Source: Lytechinus pictus (lineage: Eukaryota). Taken from it: a stretch of 64,000 bases of DNA. The translations under genes were made by a program, and so were the position numbers. The stretch lies in the NCBI RefSeq assembly GCF_037042905.1, contig NC_087246.1, positions 6,574,001 to 6,638,000 on the forward strand, given 5' to 3'. Positions 27,090-42,178 of the stretch are shown piece after piece. The notes beneath the pieces are model-generated. The model searched no databases. It worked only from the letters and a program-made list of their open reading frames with translations, and was not told the origin of the DNA. Positions within the stretch are counted from its first letter, which is position 1. The number at the start of each line of letters is the position of its first letter.

Positions 27090-29533
27090 TTTCCGAATAA
27101 ATCGCAAAGGGTGAGTAGATCTTTTGCCCTCTAAACATAATTAACCTCGGCAGGTGTTAAGAAGAGCAGGAAATTAGCAATCAAATCATTACAAAACGCC
27201 CAATAGCATGGTGAACCAGAAATATCAAGGTCTTTTCTACCATTATAATAATATGGCCAAGATATAATTATTTCTTATGGCCTGCTCTAATACTAAATGA
27301 AATTACTATGAACGAACGTAGGCCCTATATTATTTCACACATAACACAGACAATGAGCTTTAACGGTGATCAAATGTAGCTTCCACAACGTTAATGACAT
27401 GTGACACTTAGAATATTGAATAGAAGAACCAGCACAAGGAAAGATTTGTTTACATTTCAGTTGACATTTGGGAGGGTTTACGGGATTTGTAAAAATATTT
27501 GTTTGTTTTATGCAAGTCAACTCCTTGAGACCACACCCGGAGATCATATGACTTTCTATCAGAAACTGACATCATTTTAACTCATCGATTTGATTCTATT
27601 TCATATGTCATAATGTTTTAATATTGTGTCTGTACGTCTTACAAATCACTAGAATTAAGTTACTTTGCATTTTACAAGAAAAAAACCCTTTGGATATCTA
27701 TCTAAACTTGGATCGCATCCCCAAAGACTTGAGAATGAATAAACATTACAGCCGATTTCATGGTTAGACTGAACTGGGCAATTTGAATGTACAATAACCA
27801 AACATATATGAATTCGATAGCATTTTGGCTCATTTCGCTCTCTTTTGAGATGTGATTATCTATGATCTAATGAAGATATGAAACTAGAGTCTAAGAGTTG
27901 CCAATATTTAAAAAGGAATGTATATCTTACAAAGCCAAAGAATATCAATCAAAACCTTTTTCAAAGTTCTGAATGGTGGGAATCGAATAAATGGAGAAGA
28001 CCAATTTGATACAGATATTGGATTACATAATACTTAGTTTGTACAGATTATTTTGTCGTTACTACCAAAAGTCATAAATAAAAAAGAATTTTACAAATCA
28101 ACCAAAAAAGTTGTTATCAATGACAACAATGATATGAGTAATAGTTGATAATACACCTTACCATTCCTACTAATCCCTTAACGCTACACTTGTTTATAAA
28201 AAATTTCAACAGCCCCCCCCCCCAAAAAAAAAAAAAGATCTCAGCATCAATTCTCTTAGTAAGTTTCCTTGTCTAATTTCCCTTTCCTGTTTCTTGAAAA
28301 TCTATCAGTGGGAGATATGTTTCTTTTTCTTAATTGCCTGTAGGCGTTTTGTACAAGGTCTTTGGTTTCGAGTGACATATTAACAGAGTTAAATCAAATT
28401 ATGGTTCACGCATGAGAAATATGGAATTTTTAATTACACATCAAATTTTACTTTTGCGGTCATGAGGGTAAGAGATGGGAAAGAAAGAGAGGGAGAAGGA
28501 TAGACACACAGCGAAGATGAAATACATGTAGAGTGAGAAAAGAGAGGGAGAGGAGAGATAGTGACATTCAGAGAGAGAGAGAGCGAATAACATAAGACGA
28601 TTAATTGACCTCCTAAGAGGGGGTAATGTAAAGTTGATCAACAACGGTTTCGACCTACCCATTCTCGTAGAAGTTGTTCCTTTTGTTTTATTCATTCCTT
28701 AATTATGTTATCGTCTATTAATTCAATCGAGTATTTTAACATTCACTAGCAACATTCTGTTGGCATATATGTTGGCAAAATTCCTTTTTAACTGCAGAAC
28801 AGTTGTTTTCATGTTAGAGCATATGGTACAAAAGTAATGCTGGGAAGTGTCTTCAATCATCGATGTGTTTCATTGTTTGATATCATGCTTCATCTGGTAC
28901 AAAAAGAAAAACGAGAAAAAAAAGGTTACACAGTTTTATAATGTTCATTTTGGTAATAAAGATATTAAAACAATTTGCAACGTATCTGTTTTGTCTTCAT
29001 GAACTAAAAAATGCAAAGAAATTGAGAAAATCTCCACAACGTTAAATAAGCATTTTTGCGCAAACCAATTCATTTTATCAAAATGGACAGTATTTGTTCA
29101 AGCGTGATAATTCTGTCAATAATCATGCTGCCACCTGATAGAAGAGACGAAAGCCCAAAACCAATTATCCCCATTTTGTATTTTTTTTAATTGTCAGACC
29201 TTTTTAAGCTTAAACTGTTTATTCATACGCACTGTTCATTGGTGTAAAACATTTACATTCGTCATAATTTGTACAAATTCAGGAATATATCTCCCTCAAT
29301 GATGCTGTTGCATGGCGAATCATTTCATTGTTATATTCGTGTTTGTTTTACTGTGATTTGTTTGGGGGGTTAAAATATCATATAACTTTGAATGCTTGAT
29401 CATAATACGATTTGCTTATTTCTTGTTTCTTGAACGCATTCTATCTAAAATGACTTCCAAGCTATCTAAATTTGAACCTTAACACATCCTCTCCCTCCCC
29501 CTCTCCGTTTTGCTCTCTCTCTCCCCCCTCTCC

Positions 29534-29577
<44 letters not shown>

Positions 29578-32500
29578 GACACGTACACCATCAATAACAT
29601 TGTTTTTCCTGGCACATCCTGCTTCTTAATCCTTTCGAGCGAATTGTATTATCAGACAGTTCAGACTGCAATAAAAGAACAAAAATCAATAACCGATTGA
29701 TTTTAGAACGCTCGCTTCCTCCCTACACTCAACATTTAAAAAGATTGCCTTGCATGCTAATAAGACTTGATACTGTACTTCTAATCCTTTCTGCCTCATC
29801 AAATTTCCATCTGCATGATCTGCAACTTCCTTCACATTCGGTATTATTAAAGGAAACTCAGATTTCCTCTCAATTTTCTCCTTACGTGTCTCTTCTACAA
29901 CATAATTATGAATCAAAGATTGCTAATCGGACTGTCACACCTACAACAGTAGACGATTTTGTATGCGTATGCCGACTAAAATGTATGGCATGACGATTTA
30001 TCATATATTAATTATATTTCTTGATAGTAATCGTTCAGTTCTTGATATGAAAAATATAATTATTATATCCAGATCAGTTTTTATTCTTAACAAGTTGCAA
30101 GTACGCTTCTTTATAATGTAAAAATAGGATTATATGAAAAATAATATGATGAATCGGCTCGCTACACGTAAGTCGATATACGCTGTCTATATCAGTAAGG
30201 TGAGGCATTCGAGTCCTTTAACATGTTAATGTACAATATAAATCATATATTCAGTAAAATCTTGTTTATGAAATTTGACCTCAAATACGCAAAGGGGAAG
30301 TTGAATTCATGAATAATGATTGTTCCACAAGAACTTATCTCCGTCAATTGGTGCATTTGTAGAAGAAGGGAATGTCTTGTCTCTTTCATAAAAAAGTGCT
30401 TCCTTTATCCAGTTCCGTTTCAAACAAAATAAGTGTACTGAAAAAAAAACATTTTAATCTAACACCTAAAGAAAATCCAAATTTTGCTGAAAAAAAATTG
30501 ACATGCTTAATCAGTGAAGTGATATATATCCTTAAAACTGTTTTTTATCGAATGAGTCTAGATGCTATTAAGAAAGAATATCCATCTTTAACCTCTAACC
30601 CCGCTGTAATAATTACTTAATTCCTTAATTAGTATTGGAATTCTAACAGAAAATTATATTGTTACTACAAAGGTTTCTAATTTTCATAATTATAGGTGAA
30701 TAATTATCAAACTTCAAGTTTCTTTGACTAAGGAGATGAGAATAATATATGTCTTTTGCATTTACAAAAACATGATATATATTATATTGAAATAAATTCA
30801 TCACAGTATATAACATAATCAAGTAATTCATTTGTTCCAACAAAATTCTGCTCTTTCATAATACATCAAAGTATTTGACAATGACAATGATCTATAAAAA
30901 TAATCTTCTATTATATCACAGTCACACGAACTAACCGAGTCCAGATCGATGAAAACTATTACGTTATTTGTCAATTACATGAAATCGGTCAATTTGGAGA
31001 CCAATGGCCAATGGTCAAATAAAGCGGACTAAAACTCTTCAATTCGACGAGCAAATTTTGTAGATCGTCAAATCTGCCAACAGTTAAGAGCTGAAGTGGA
31101 TTGCTTTCAGGCTAAGTGTTGATGGTGAGTGGTTAAAAGCCATTGTTTTCACCCGGGATCGCCATTAGATGTGAATGTCATTATCAATAACCATGGTAAC
31201 CTATAAAACACTCGAACAAGAAACGGATAAACATCGATCACTAGAATTCATTTTGTCTTTTAAGGGAGATATCCCAGTTTGATTCAGTTTTTACTAGAGT
31301 TACAGGGGTTGTGTCGTGAATTTTTCTCCTCTTCTTCTTTTCTGGTATCGAGCTTTCGTTTTCTTCGTGGATGCATCTTTTAAGATAATAATGAAATAAT
31401 ACACAGGAAACCCAAAACGACAAAACAATTCCTCGCATTTTTCAATAGCGCAAAATGAAAACATGCTCTCAAATTCATAGGCCTAGTTCAGTGGCGAATT
31501 TAAAAAACCTGCAGGAAGGGAAAAAGTTTTTTGACACAAAAAGTCATCGTAATTTCCAAAAGTATACTTTCCCGCGTAAAAAAATCTCTAAACCATCTTT
31601 TTTACCAGCAATTTCGTCCTTGACCCTGGACAAATGACATATTTGTAATTTTTCGTCAGCGCTGAAACTTAGGTTCTCCTATTTTCCACGAATACCTCGC
31701 AGTTGTTCTTTGTCACGGCATTTTCAATATATTTACTGTATTATTGAATCCGTCTTGGGTCTTGGAGCGATAACTCCTTGGTGTAGGTTTTACCTGGAAT
31801 CTCGTCAGGGGAACACCATTTCCGGAAGGATTTCCTTATCAAAATTTTCTTCACAACATAAAAAAGGTCACCATAATTTTGTAAGGTCGATACTAGGCCT
31901 ACCCCCCCCCCCCCCCCGGTATAGTGATCAAGCACATACTGTACGTAAGAAGCTCAATGTGATTATTTTTCAGGTGTTGGGAAAAGGCAATTTAGTAAGC
32001 ATGGACATTTTTCTTGTGTGTCTACTTCATCGACAAACTTATTATTATGGAATGGCAAATAGTATGAATGCGAATATCAGATAATGCATTCGTGACAGGC
32101 GTTTGTGATGGGTGGCATAATTACGACGATGCTCCCTATATTCACGCTACTTATTTTAATTTTAATTCCTGTAAATCTCGAAGTACGGAATTTACATCTT
32201 TGTGTGTGATTGATTCAATTGTGCATCTTTCGTAATTCTTTATACGTATTGATGATGATGATGGAAGAAAAGGAGAAAAGGGACAGCATGAGAAAATGTA
32301 AACACAAGAAGATGGAATAAAAAGGTGGAAATGCAAACAAACCTTTATGGGACAGAGTTTAAAAGAGTGCGCTGTTTTAGCATTGTGATAGAAAGGGGCG
32401 AACAAGCAAATTATTGCAAATATTAATTGAAATTCAAGAAAATTATTTTTTCAAATACCATGCGATTATATTATATCAGGGTCCCCACCCCTTCCGTACC

Positions 32501-34393
32501 CTACTAGACACATGACTTGTGAATGAGAAAATAAATTGAATCATAGTCTTTAGTTAAACAAATACTTCCCGCACCAACTAAATCACATTGAAAGGTGTCA
32601 TGTTTAAAGAAAAATTGGCATTCTTTTTATTTTGATGTTATATGTACAATCATGTGTGTTGCGCACCGATAATGACATACAACAATCCACCGGTTAAAGT
32701 TGTCTGATTGAAAACTACACCTGTCATTATTTGAAGAATATGTCCGTTTTACGACCTGTTCATTTATATGTCTGTCTACGAAATCATTCACATTGAAAAT
32801 GCATTTTACACTTAACTTTATATTTCCTGCAGTAATAGTATTGCTAGATTTTCATGAGTTCAAGACAAATGCTAAAGAAGGAAGAGAAGAGAATGATCGA
32901 TTTTTTTTATTACGAGTAGAAGACGACAATATTGGTGATCAATATTTTTTTCATTCTAATGAAGTCTTTTTTATTATTATTTATATTGCATCGATTTTCT
33001 TTTATAACCACAGCAGGTGTACTATCATACAACGTTTCTGAAATCTAATCGTAATTCGGAGCAACATATATTTTAGCCTCCAACATATTCGTTATTAACG
33101 GAAACTACTAGGACTACAATAAACTTTTTTATTTATCATTCATAAAACGCAGTGGTTATATGAAAAACTTGCAATATACAGGAACACAGCTGAATTACTA
33201 AATTCGTTATATACAGGCTAAATCTATAGTTCCAATCAACTGAGAGGAAATGAATGAACTATCAGTTAATTTGAAGGAAAATGTCTAACCCTTTGATGAT
33301 GAATTTAGTATTCATAGAACATACGTCCAGAAGCAATACTCTATGCATCGTGTCATCTCCAATATACCCGTCATGCTTGTACGAATTAAAAATTTTGTTG
33401 ACGATGGATCGCAAATCCTCCTTAAATCTACACTGACAGGAATAATGCATTGATAACTTTATTATTAGGATATAATATTATTCATAATGTCTACAATCGT
33501 TTACCAGAAGGGGTACAGTGGTCGAGGCATTGGGAGGCGTTGAATATATTCCCCATGAAATAGTGTTTGAATATTATAACAGTAAACGTTGAAATGAATT
33601 TTATATACAAGTCACAAGTCAAAGAAGACGTCAACAGAATGAAGGCCTTCGGGAAGTGAAGTTGTAAGGAGCTAACGGCTTCTCCTCGTATTATCTATTA
33701 CAGCAAATAAGTTCGATTTAAACTACAATCCAAATTTCGAATCATTTCGGTGATTTTTGTTTTATCTAATGAACATACAAATATTTTCCGATGGATTGTT
33801 ATTAGGCCCTTTCAATCTATGTTAAGTTTCCTCAATTTAATCTGAAAAACATAACTAGACACTTCTTTACATCATTTAATATTTTACAAAGATATGCTTG
33901 ACCCCCTGTACATCTTATCTAATTAGCGGGAATTACACTACAGTTAGACACGTAATGCAAATAATCTCCATTCACTAGCAGTGACGTAGCGAAACGTCAG
34001 GCCTGGTATGGAAATGGTTGTGTATCTTGCGTTTGCCGGACTAGTTCCCATCTACATCACAGCTCCATGTTCCATTGCCAACACCGCTTAGTTCATTGGA
34101 TTGTTTTCTGTGTAACACATGAACATCAAAACACTCCGTCATTCTACTCAAACCACATCAAATCTTGTCAAGCTAAAAACAAAAACATTTTTTGTAAATT
34201 AATATAATTGCTGCAAATATGTCATGGAACTCTTGTTTTATAAGTCCCCTTGCAAATTAGTATATAGAAACAATTTTTTTTCGTAAAAAAAATTTGTTGT
34301 TGAAACCAATCATTTATTTACCAAAATGATGAAAGACCGCCCGTCAAATAGTCAAACAGTTCTACAACGATTGTTTCCTAAGTCATATGTAAG

Positions 34394-34495
34394 CAGGGGC
34401 GTCGATCCATTTTTCAGATTGGGGGGGCAAAATCATGAACAACGTTCCGAAGGCGCTCGATCGTACACCCCCCCCCCACACACAAACACATAGGC

Positions 34496-34536
<41 letters not shown>

Positions 34537-35282
34537 TGACTCATGAGATACAGACACGTATCTCACCAACAAATTAATGCGAGCGCGAAGCGCGAGCTGA
34601 AAATTTTTATGTACTGACATTAAAACAGGAAAAGCGTACCTGTTAAGGACTGTTTGTAGTAACTCATGAGGAGGATATATCTCACAAAACAGATATAATG
34701 CGAGTGACGAGAGCGAGCTGAAATTTCTATATATTCTGACCTGAAAGCTTGATACTGTAAGCATTTTTTATACCAATGATTAAGATTGGTATCTAAAAGA
34801 ACAATAGATGCGAGCGCGAAGCTCGAGCTGAAAATGTTGATATTTCGATTTGAAAAAAATGAGTTTAATGGACGTTTTTTATTTAAAAAAACAAGATATA
34901 TATCCAACAAAAGATTATTGCAAATCGAAGTGGGAATTCTTTTGAGGTTTAGAACTGAAAACGGGACATTCTATTCAAGTATTTAATCATGAAAAGTATG
35001 GGTTTTTGCTACAGAAATGATGCGAGCGCGAAGCGCGAGCTGAAAATTTTTATATTCCAATCTCAAAAGCGGACATTTTGAGCACGATTTGAAATAAAGG
35101 ACAATTTGTGTATCTCAATCTCGCTTGCTGAACATTACAATCTTATTTTATTTTTGCACGTCCGGAATTATTGGGGGGGCAAAACGATATGTTTGCCCCC
35201 CCAATATTTTCATTGGTGGGGCGATCGCCCCCCCTGCCCCCCCCCCCCCCCCCCCCCCCCCAGGATCGACGCCTCTGCTCTG
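34394..35282. mobile_element. hAT-like MITE carrying GCGAGCGCGAAGCGCGAGC units
   Basis: TIR CAGGGGCGTCGATCC / GGATCGACGCCTCTG, with the terminal CTCTG duplicated. 8-bp TSD TATGTAAG at 34386-34393 and 35283-35290. Confidence 0.88.
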
Positions 35283-36248
35283 TATGTAAGTACAGTAAAT
35301 TTAATTCATGCTTTGTTCTTCTAGCGGCTATTGCACACAAAAGAACTAATGTCATAAAGTCTGTCGTTAGAGGCAGCACAGATGAGATAATATGGTAGAT
35401 CCATACTGTCTCAGACGGTGGAGATCTACGGATGTGACAAGACCTTCCCCTTTCTCTACTCCAACGTCACCGCCATCACCACCACTACTAGTCCACGGGC
35501 ACTATCATTTTTTTAGAAAACGAAGCCATAATGGAAGCTATAAAAGAAGTAACTCCAGTTTTTCCCTACGCAACTCCAACCATTCCCTTCAACATGTTTC
35601 ACCATTCAATTCGTATTCCAAGCTGAACAAATCCACCCCACCTATTTCACAAACCTTGATCCGCCCCTCCAGTAGAAAAACGATGCCGATAAACAAGGCA
35701 TCAGCTGCTTCAAATTGTTTGGCGAGTGTCGATTACATTAAAAGATCTAGCCACATAATAAGAATGATACATGATTATAATTACATTTAATGGAGGAATT
35801 ATGATTTGAGTGCCTCTAATGAGGGTATAGGGCTGACATGATAGATGAGACAGGCTCCCAACTCTTCTATTTTGAGGGGTTCATCCAAAAATTGGTTTAT
35901 TAGACGTCATGAGTGCATTTCCCTCGGGTTGACAATCAGAATGGATCAGGCTTGGGTGTGGGGCTGTTACATCTCAAGGCACATATGGGTACCAATGAAG
36001 TGCTTTGTCTCCATGAATGATCTCCAAATGTATGAAGAGAAATTCAGGATGACAAAAACTTCAATACTATTTGATGGAGTATACTAAACATGGTAAACAT
36101 AAGATAATGAATTGGCTGTACAACTAATTGGTGGCGGTGGCGAAATTGCGAGATACTCATAAATAAATTGATGACGCACATGCATGTTCGAAGAGGGTTA
36201 ATGAACGATCAGGTGGGAGTCAATGTACTTCAGTAATGTTTGAAGTAC

Positions 36249-36352
36249 ATGATGATGATGATGATGATGGTGGTGGTGATGATAAAGATCATGATCATGA
36301 TCATGATGATGGTGGTGGTGGTGGTGGTGGTGACCATGATAATGACGACGAT
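36249..36352. repeat. Compound (GAT)n/(GGT)n/(GATCAT)n microsatellite
   Basis: Directly visible. It produces the low-complexity ORFs at 36236 and 36240. Confidence 0.95.
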
Positions 36353-36791
36353 TATAAGATGGTCCCGTCATATAAATTTATTGACAAGTTGCACCCCTGG
36401 AACTCACTCTCATCGATTTTTCATACAAGACAATCAATGAGATTTATCCTTATCGAAGATTGGTAGAAAGTGTTTTAACCCCTTAATGTTAAAATGAGTA
36501 GAAATCGAGCGGCCTATTTTATTGGAATTATTCATCGTTGTGGCGATTGTAATGGCATTTGTTGTAGAATTGATGGAAAGTTCTTTGGAGATGAACAAAA
36601 TTAGGAGGGGAAGAAAAACATCTTTTGATGTTGACAGTGCGCCATCATTTCAGTACTATCACTTATAGTCTTTAATTTATTGGAATGTATATTCCCGATC
36701 GCAAGGTGTGATGGTTCCGCGCGTGTCATGAAGACAAAAATTATCTTAAGTAATTTCAAGTGAAGATTAATTCCTAATATATATATATATA

Positions 36792-37787
36792 AAGTGAGTT
36801 TCAGAAAAAAAAGGTAATCCAAATCTAGGGAGCCGATATTTAAAGCCCATTTAATTCTATGAAATTATTTTGGTTGAATATGAGAGAGGACTCATCAGCT
36901 TTCCATTGATACCCTATTTGTACCAGTTGTGTCACATATGACTGAATTAATTGATGTTGAAGATAACAGATGCAGATACCACTTTTCCAAGTTTTTGAAA
37001 ACTTGATGAAAGGGCAGAGGCTGATGTAAATACTTTCATCGATGCCTGAGTTGGCAACAATCTTTTGATTGGACCTTTTTCTTCCAAGGGAGTGTAAATG
37101 GCCGAATGTACTTGCTGATGATTAACGAGGAGATCGTACCACATTTGGACCAACATTTTGAGAGACAGGTTCGAGGAGTGTACATGTACAGGCATCATTC
37201 AGGATCATCCTGCCTATCGTTCCAACATCATTCGTGACATACTCAGAGAACTCATTGGACATCGAGTTGTTGTCCTCCATCATGACGTAGAATTGTCCTC
37301 AAGATCACATGACCTAATGCCCTGTGATTTTTTCCTTTGGAGTACTTAAAAAAGCAAGGTGTTCGCAACTCCTCCCCAAGATCTTGATGATTTACAGGGC
37401 CGAATTCAACATCGATGAAAGTGGTGATATATCTTTCCAATTTTGAAAAAAGTAGTTCAGTAGGTACCCTCCCTAGAATCATTGTTAGATTGTCAATCAA
37501 ATTCATTCATTTTTGTCAATCAGCAATATCAAATTTAAAAATTAAGAATGGGTTGGCTCGAATGAATATCTTTTGCCTGCCAGTTGTAATTAGGGCCGTG
37601 TAACCTACCAAAACTTTGAAAAAGTGGTATTAATTTGGTCATGCGTTTAACAAATAGTACAAATAGGGTATCAATGAAAAGCTGAGGAGTTTCTACTTAA
37701 TTTCCATGCAGAATAATTTCACAAAATGAAATATGATTTGAATATCAGCCCTCTAGATTTGGATTACCTTTTTTCTGAAACGCACTG
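36792..37787 (+). mobile_element. Decayed Tc1/mariner-superfamily transposon (DD41D/rosa-like), internally deleted
   Basis: Long imperfect TIRs of ~200 bp (AAGTGAGTTTCAGAAAAAAAAGGTAATCCAAATCTAG ... CTAGATTTGGATTACCTTTTTTCTGAAACGCACTG) with TA flanks. Transposase remnants: LIGPF, GSVNGRMYLLMINEEIVPHL, QDHPAYR...SRSHDLMPCDFFLW. Confidence 0.85.
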
Positions 37788-40700
37788 TATCCCTCTACCT
37801 TCGACTTAACGTCTAAATGTGTATTATAACAGAATAAACACATTCATAGACTTCGCCCTTACGTAGGATGTATGCATTATATTCATATATATATATATCG
37901 GGGTTAACTAGAATAGTTTGTGAAACAAGGATGCACTCTTCTTATTCTAACAATACACTAAAAAATCCCGCAAATCATGAATGAAATGTTAAAAGAAATG
38001 AATGATTACTGGACAAAGAAAGTGAGATCATAAACATTTTCTACCAAGTCAACTTTACATGCGAAGCTCTATCTGTATGCTGTTGATTTCTCTGAAACGT
38101 ATTCAATTTCTTTAGTTCCTTCAAGCTATTTTCCCCAAACTAATAGCTTCCTACAAGCGTTTTAAAATACGACCGGCATATTCACCTCTATCATGATGTG
38201 CAGGTCTGATTACGATTAATCACCAGACTCCCTGGAGTAGACATCATGCAAGAGGTATGATATTTTTGTATATATTTTATATTCAGGCCCAAAGGGCTTC
38301 AAACTAATTTGATCGTTGCAATATTTTTTGACGTCAGGTGTAGACAGGGGCGAATCCAGAATTTGAAGCAAGGTATCAATTTATCATCTTATTTTCATTG
38401 TTTGAAAGACAATCTTAAAGGTTAGACGATGAATTATGGAAGTCAATTATGGAACAAAAAAATGATAGGAGGATAAATCAATATAAACATATTTCATAAA
38501 GAGTCTACATGCAATATCAAACAATTAGAAGGTTATAGGCCTATTCCCAATGTAATGAATATCATAATTTCTTGTAACTTTTCAATTTACAATTTACAAT
38601 ACAATTAAAAAACTGTTTAACGAACTCCTAGAAAAGCCAAATTTTCAGGTTGAAGATTTCCATTGACCACACTACACTGTTTACTTACACTCAGTGCAAA
38701 GCTTATGTAACATTACCATTGTCGGGGTGTGTGTGTATGTTGTATTTTATTTGCTTGTCTTACTGTTTTGTTTTTGTTGTTATTTTGGGGGTTACATTCA
38801 GTGCAACTCTAATACGATTCATCACGGGATAATCCTTAAATCCTTTGATATCTCATTTCTTCCTCCCAATTTTCGTATTCTTTTATTTTCCATTTTATGT
38901 TGTTGATGGTTTTTCTTTCAAAGAGTCATGTTAATGGTTTATAAACCTCTTATAGTTTTTATTTTTATCCGTTTATTGCCTGTTTATCTCATTACAATGT
39001 TGTCACTTTGCAACCACCGTAGTTGTTCTCATGTCCTTCGTATAGTGTGCGTGAGGGTGTGTGTGTGTGTCTGTTTCTCAGGTTGGAAGTCACTTCTTGT
39101 TTTCATTTATGATAATTTATTTTTTCTTAACTTTTCCCTGTAGCGCATAACTCAATAAAGTTCTCTCTCTCTCTTTCTATTATTGCCGAAAGATATCCGC
39201 TTTTCTCATCAGTCAAAGATGTTGAAATCATAGATCAAACCGTGCAGCAAGCTTCTATGTTCAGACTAACTCCACGGTCTCACAAAGAAAAACTGACTCC
39301 AATTCGTCCGAAATATGTTACTGGAAATAAACCTACAGTTTTGTTTTGTTTTGTCTTGAATTGATTTTGACTAAGTGACTGTTGCATTAGGATTGCTGAT
39401 ATGCTCTTGATAGAGCTATTTGGAGAAATTATATAAAAAAGATTATTCGCTGTGATAATCATGCATTGCGATATTTAGAATTTGATTGGTATGTATCATC
39501 TCAAATCATGTTGATGAAATTAATTAATAAATTATTTCTCAATGTTAAACTATTACACACATGAACCGATACTGCCATACACCAACATCCTCTTTCAATA
39601 ACTCTTGTAAATATATTGGCGACGAAAAATATGCCTCTTGTTATCCCCAATGTTAACCGAAACATATTTTCTTCAAAAATCTGAAATAACAACGAACTCA
39701 CCTCAACTTGGTAACCTTAATCATGAGATGATATACCCATCTCCAAGAAAAACCTTTTCTCATTTTGGTCGGTCCTTGAGCGCCAGGATCGTCTACGAGA
39801 GCAATTTGTTAAGAGGCGGCAGATAAGAAAAGCAGTCTCACTATATTAATGCCCTAAAGCACAAGCCTGGTTCTGGCAAACTTGACTTATTCTTTCTTAA
39901 AGCAAAAAGAAGAAAAGGAGAGATTGATAATTGGGCCAGATATGGAGCAGTAGATGGATGATGAGGGAAGATGGTGGTAACTATAAGGACTGGAGGATAT
40001 ATAGCAAACAAGTAGAATGAACAAGGAATAAGAGAAGATGAAAGATTACAAGAGACTGGTACTTAAAAGCAGATAGGGATATAACGAGCAACAAAATGGG
40101 GGAAATTGGAGCCCAACGATTACAATGGATTAGTATTGTTGGCCTTTCATTCAAAGACTAAGAATTTTCTAAAACTCAGGTCTCAGGATGGTGTATTCAA
40201 GGTTCAAGATTGTCCAACACATGGGTCATCGACTCGCGGCGACACGGGTTATCAACTAGTGTTATCTGGGGATAGCCATAAAGGAAACAGCTATACATAT
40301 AACAAAGTGCTGTTCTGTTCTCCTTTAAACACGAGTATAAACAAAAGTGTAATGAATGAATGGGTGAATATATTTATGAAAATTGAATAATTTATGAATA
40401 AATGGATGAATGAGTGAATGAATGAATAAGTAAATGAATCAATCAATCCATCCATTAATCAATAATGAACTTATAAATTCGTTTAATTTCATTTAGTTTG
40501 ATTAAGTGCTGAAATAATTGTTCAAGTACAAGGATACGTATGTTTCCCAGTACTTGTAGCTGTACAATACGACGAGAAGAAGAAGGGTATTATTGATAGT
40601 CGTAATGATAATAGTCGAAGTTTATTTTATATATCAGCTTATGAAATGAGTAATTCATTCTGACTAGACAAAGGAGATCATGAAAACTAATTTTCAGGAG

Positions 40701-41654
40701 AAAAAAATAGCAGCAATAGCAGCAGTGAGTATAGGGAAAGAAGTGTAGTGTAGTGTAGAAATATTCCCCACAACCTGATATGCACTAAATGAAGATTCCT
40801 TTATACACAATTTTAAAATGATATCCATCCCTTTAACCCGTATTCTAACCTTTTTTGAAAGCAGCATGGTATATAAGGATTGGAAAATGGAAGGGGGGTA
40901 AAAACAGGCAAGAAGACAACTCAATTTAAAGGAGCGAAACATTACAGCATCTAGCAAAACCCCGAGCAAAACAGATCAATGCTTTTAAGAAGTCACTTTT
41001 GTTTCTACATCAACCTTTTTTGTCACGTTCTGTCTCCCCTCCATCGTAGAGTCTCCTAACACGAGTTCCCCCTCACATACACACATCCCCACACACCCTC
41101 CCACACACATACACACACACACACATATATATATATATCTTATAAAACAAAGAGGAAGAAAGAAAAGAAATAAAGGAATTTGTCGTCCCTCATTCCCGTA
41201 CTAATTCTTTCTCATCTAAATCAGCACTCTCTGAGTACTACAAGATATTTAGATAGAGATGGCTATGTTTTCTTTAATTTGCGAATGTTTATGAATTATT
41301 CCAACGTTACAGTCACTTCAACAAAACCGACGTCAAACCGATCGATTGCATGTCATTGGAAATAATATAGCTTTGGTCGGTATGGAGTCGGATGGTTTGC
41401 CGATGTGACTGGGCAGTAGGGAGGCAATTTTGTGCGGATAGATGAAGATGTGTGTCATGTTTTCATAAATCATCAAATAGGCACTTACCAACCACTATTT
41501 GCTTTCGTGTCCCACGGTTATAAAGAAGACCTGAAGTCGGATATCAACTGTGTTTATACAAAAAAGTAACTAATAATGAACAGTTTTACGAGCTTCCAGG
41601 CATAAACATCAGATAAACCCTTTTTTCATCATCATTTTACGTGACGTGCAGCCT

Positions 41655-42178
41655 TGTATCACTTTCATACTGACATGCAGCGAAAACTCTAGGATTATTT
41701 CGATCCGGATTCAAAGCGGAGTACTCAACCCACTTCGAGAAGAGGGTTACAAACGAAGTTTGTCCGCACCGGAAGTGCGGTATTGCCTATCTAGCGCGTA
41801 TAAAAACTTCCATTCATTTTCGCATGGGGGAGTTTGCGCGTAGTCTGCTGTTCAAACCCTTCACTCGAGTTAAGGTTCTGAATGTGCAACCTACTCATGC
41901 CTTGTGTACAGACGGGAATTAAAACAGTACGTTTTGTATGTGCTAGTCTTTGCGTTGAGACACACTTGCTGATCAAAGTTTCAATCAGGGCCAGTGCCTG
42001 CAGACTAGTTTCCGCGCGCCACATATATGGCGCGAAATCGCATGCAAACCACGGAAGCGGAGCTTGCCAGTTTGAAAGAGGGTGTAATGTCGGTCCGCAG
42101 TACAAGCGTATCAACTCAATCTGGAGTTACTCCGGCGTAACTCCACTTCGCCTTCCTACTGCAGTATGAAAACACCTT
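41655..42178. mobile_element. Probable GC-rich non-autonomous DNA transposon
   Basis: TTTCATACTG near 41663 and CAGTATGAAA near 42162 bracket a CpG-rich segment. Termini are eroded. Confidence 0.4.

Noticed and set aside
31064..31124. Exon-like segment (ttttgtag| ... |gtgagt)
   Set aside because: Stop codons in all three frames and no transcript evidence.
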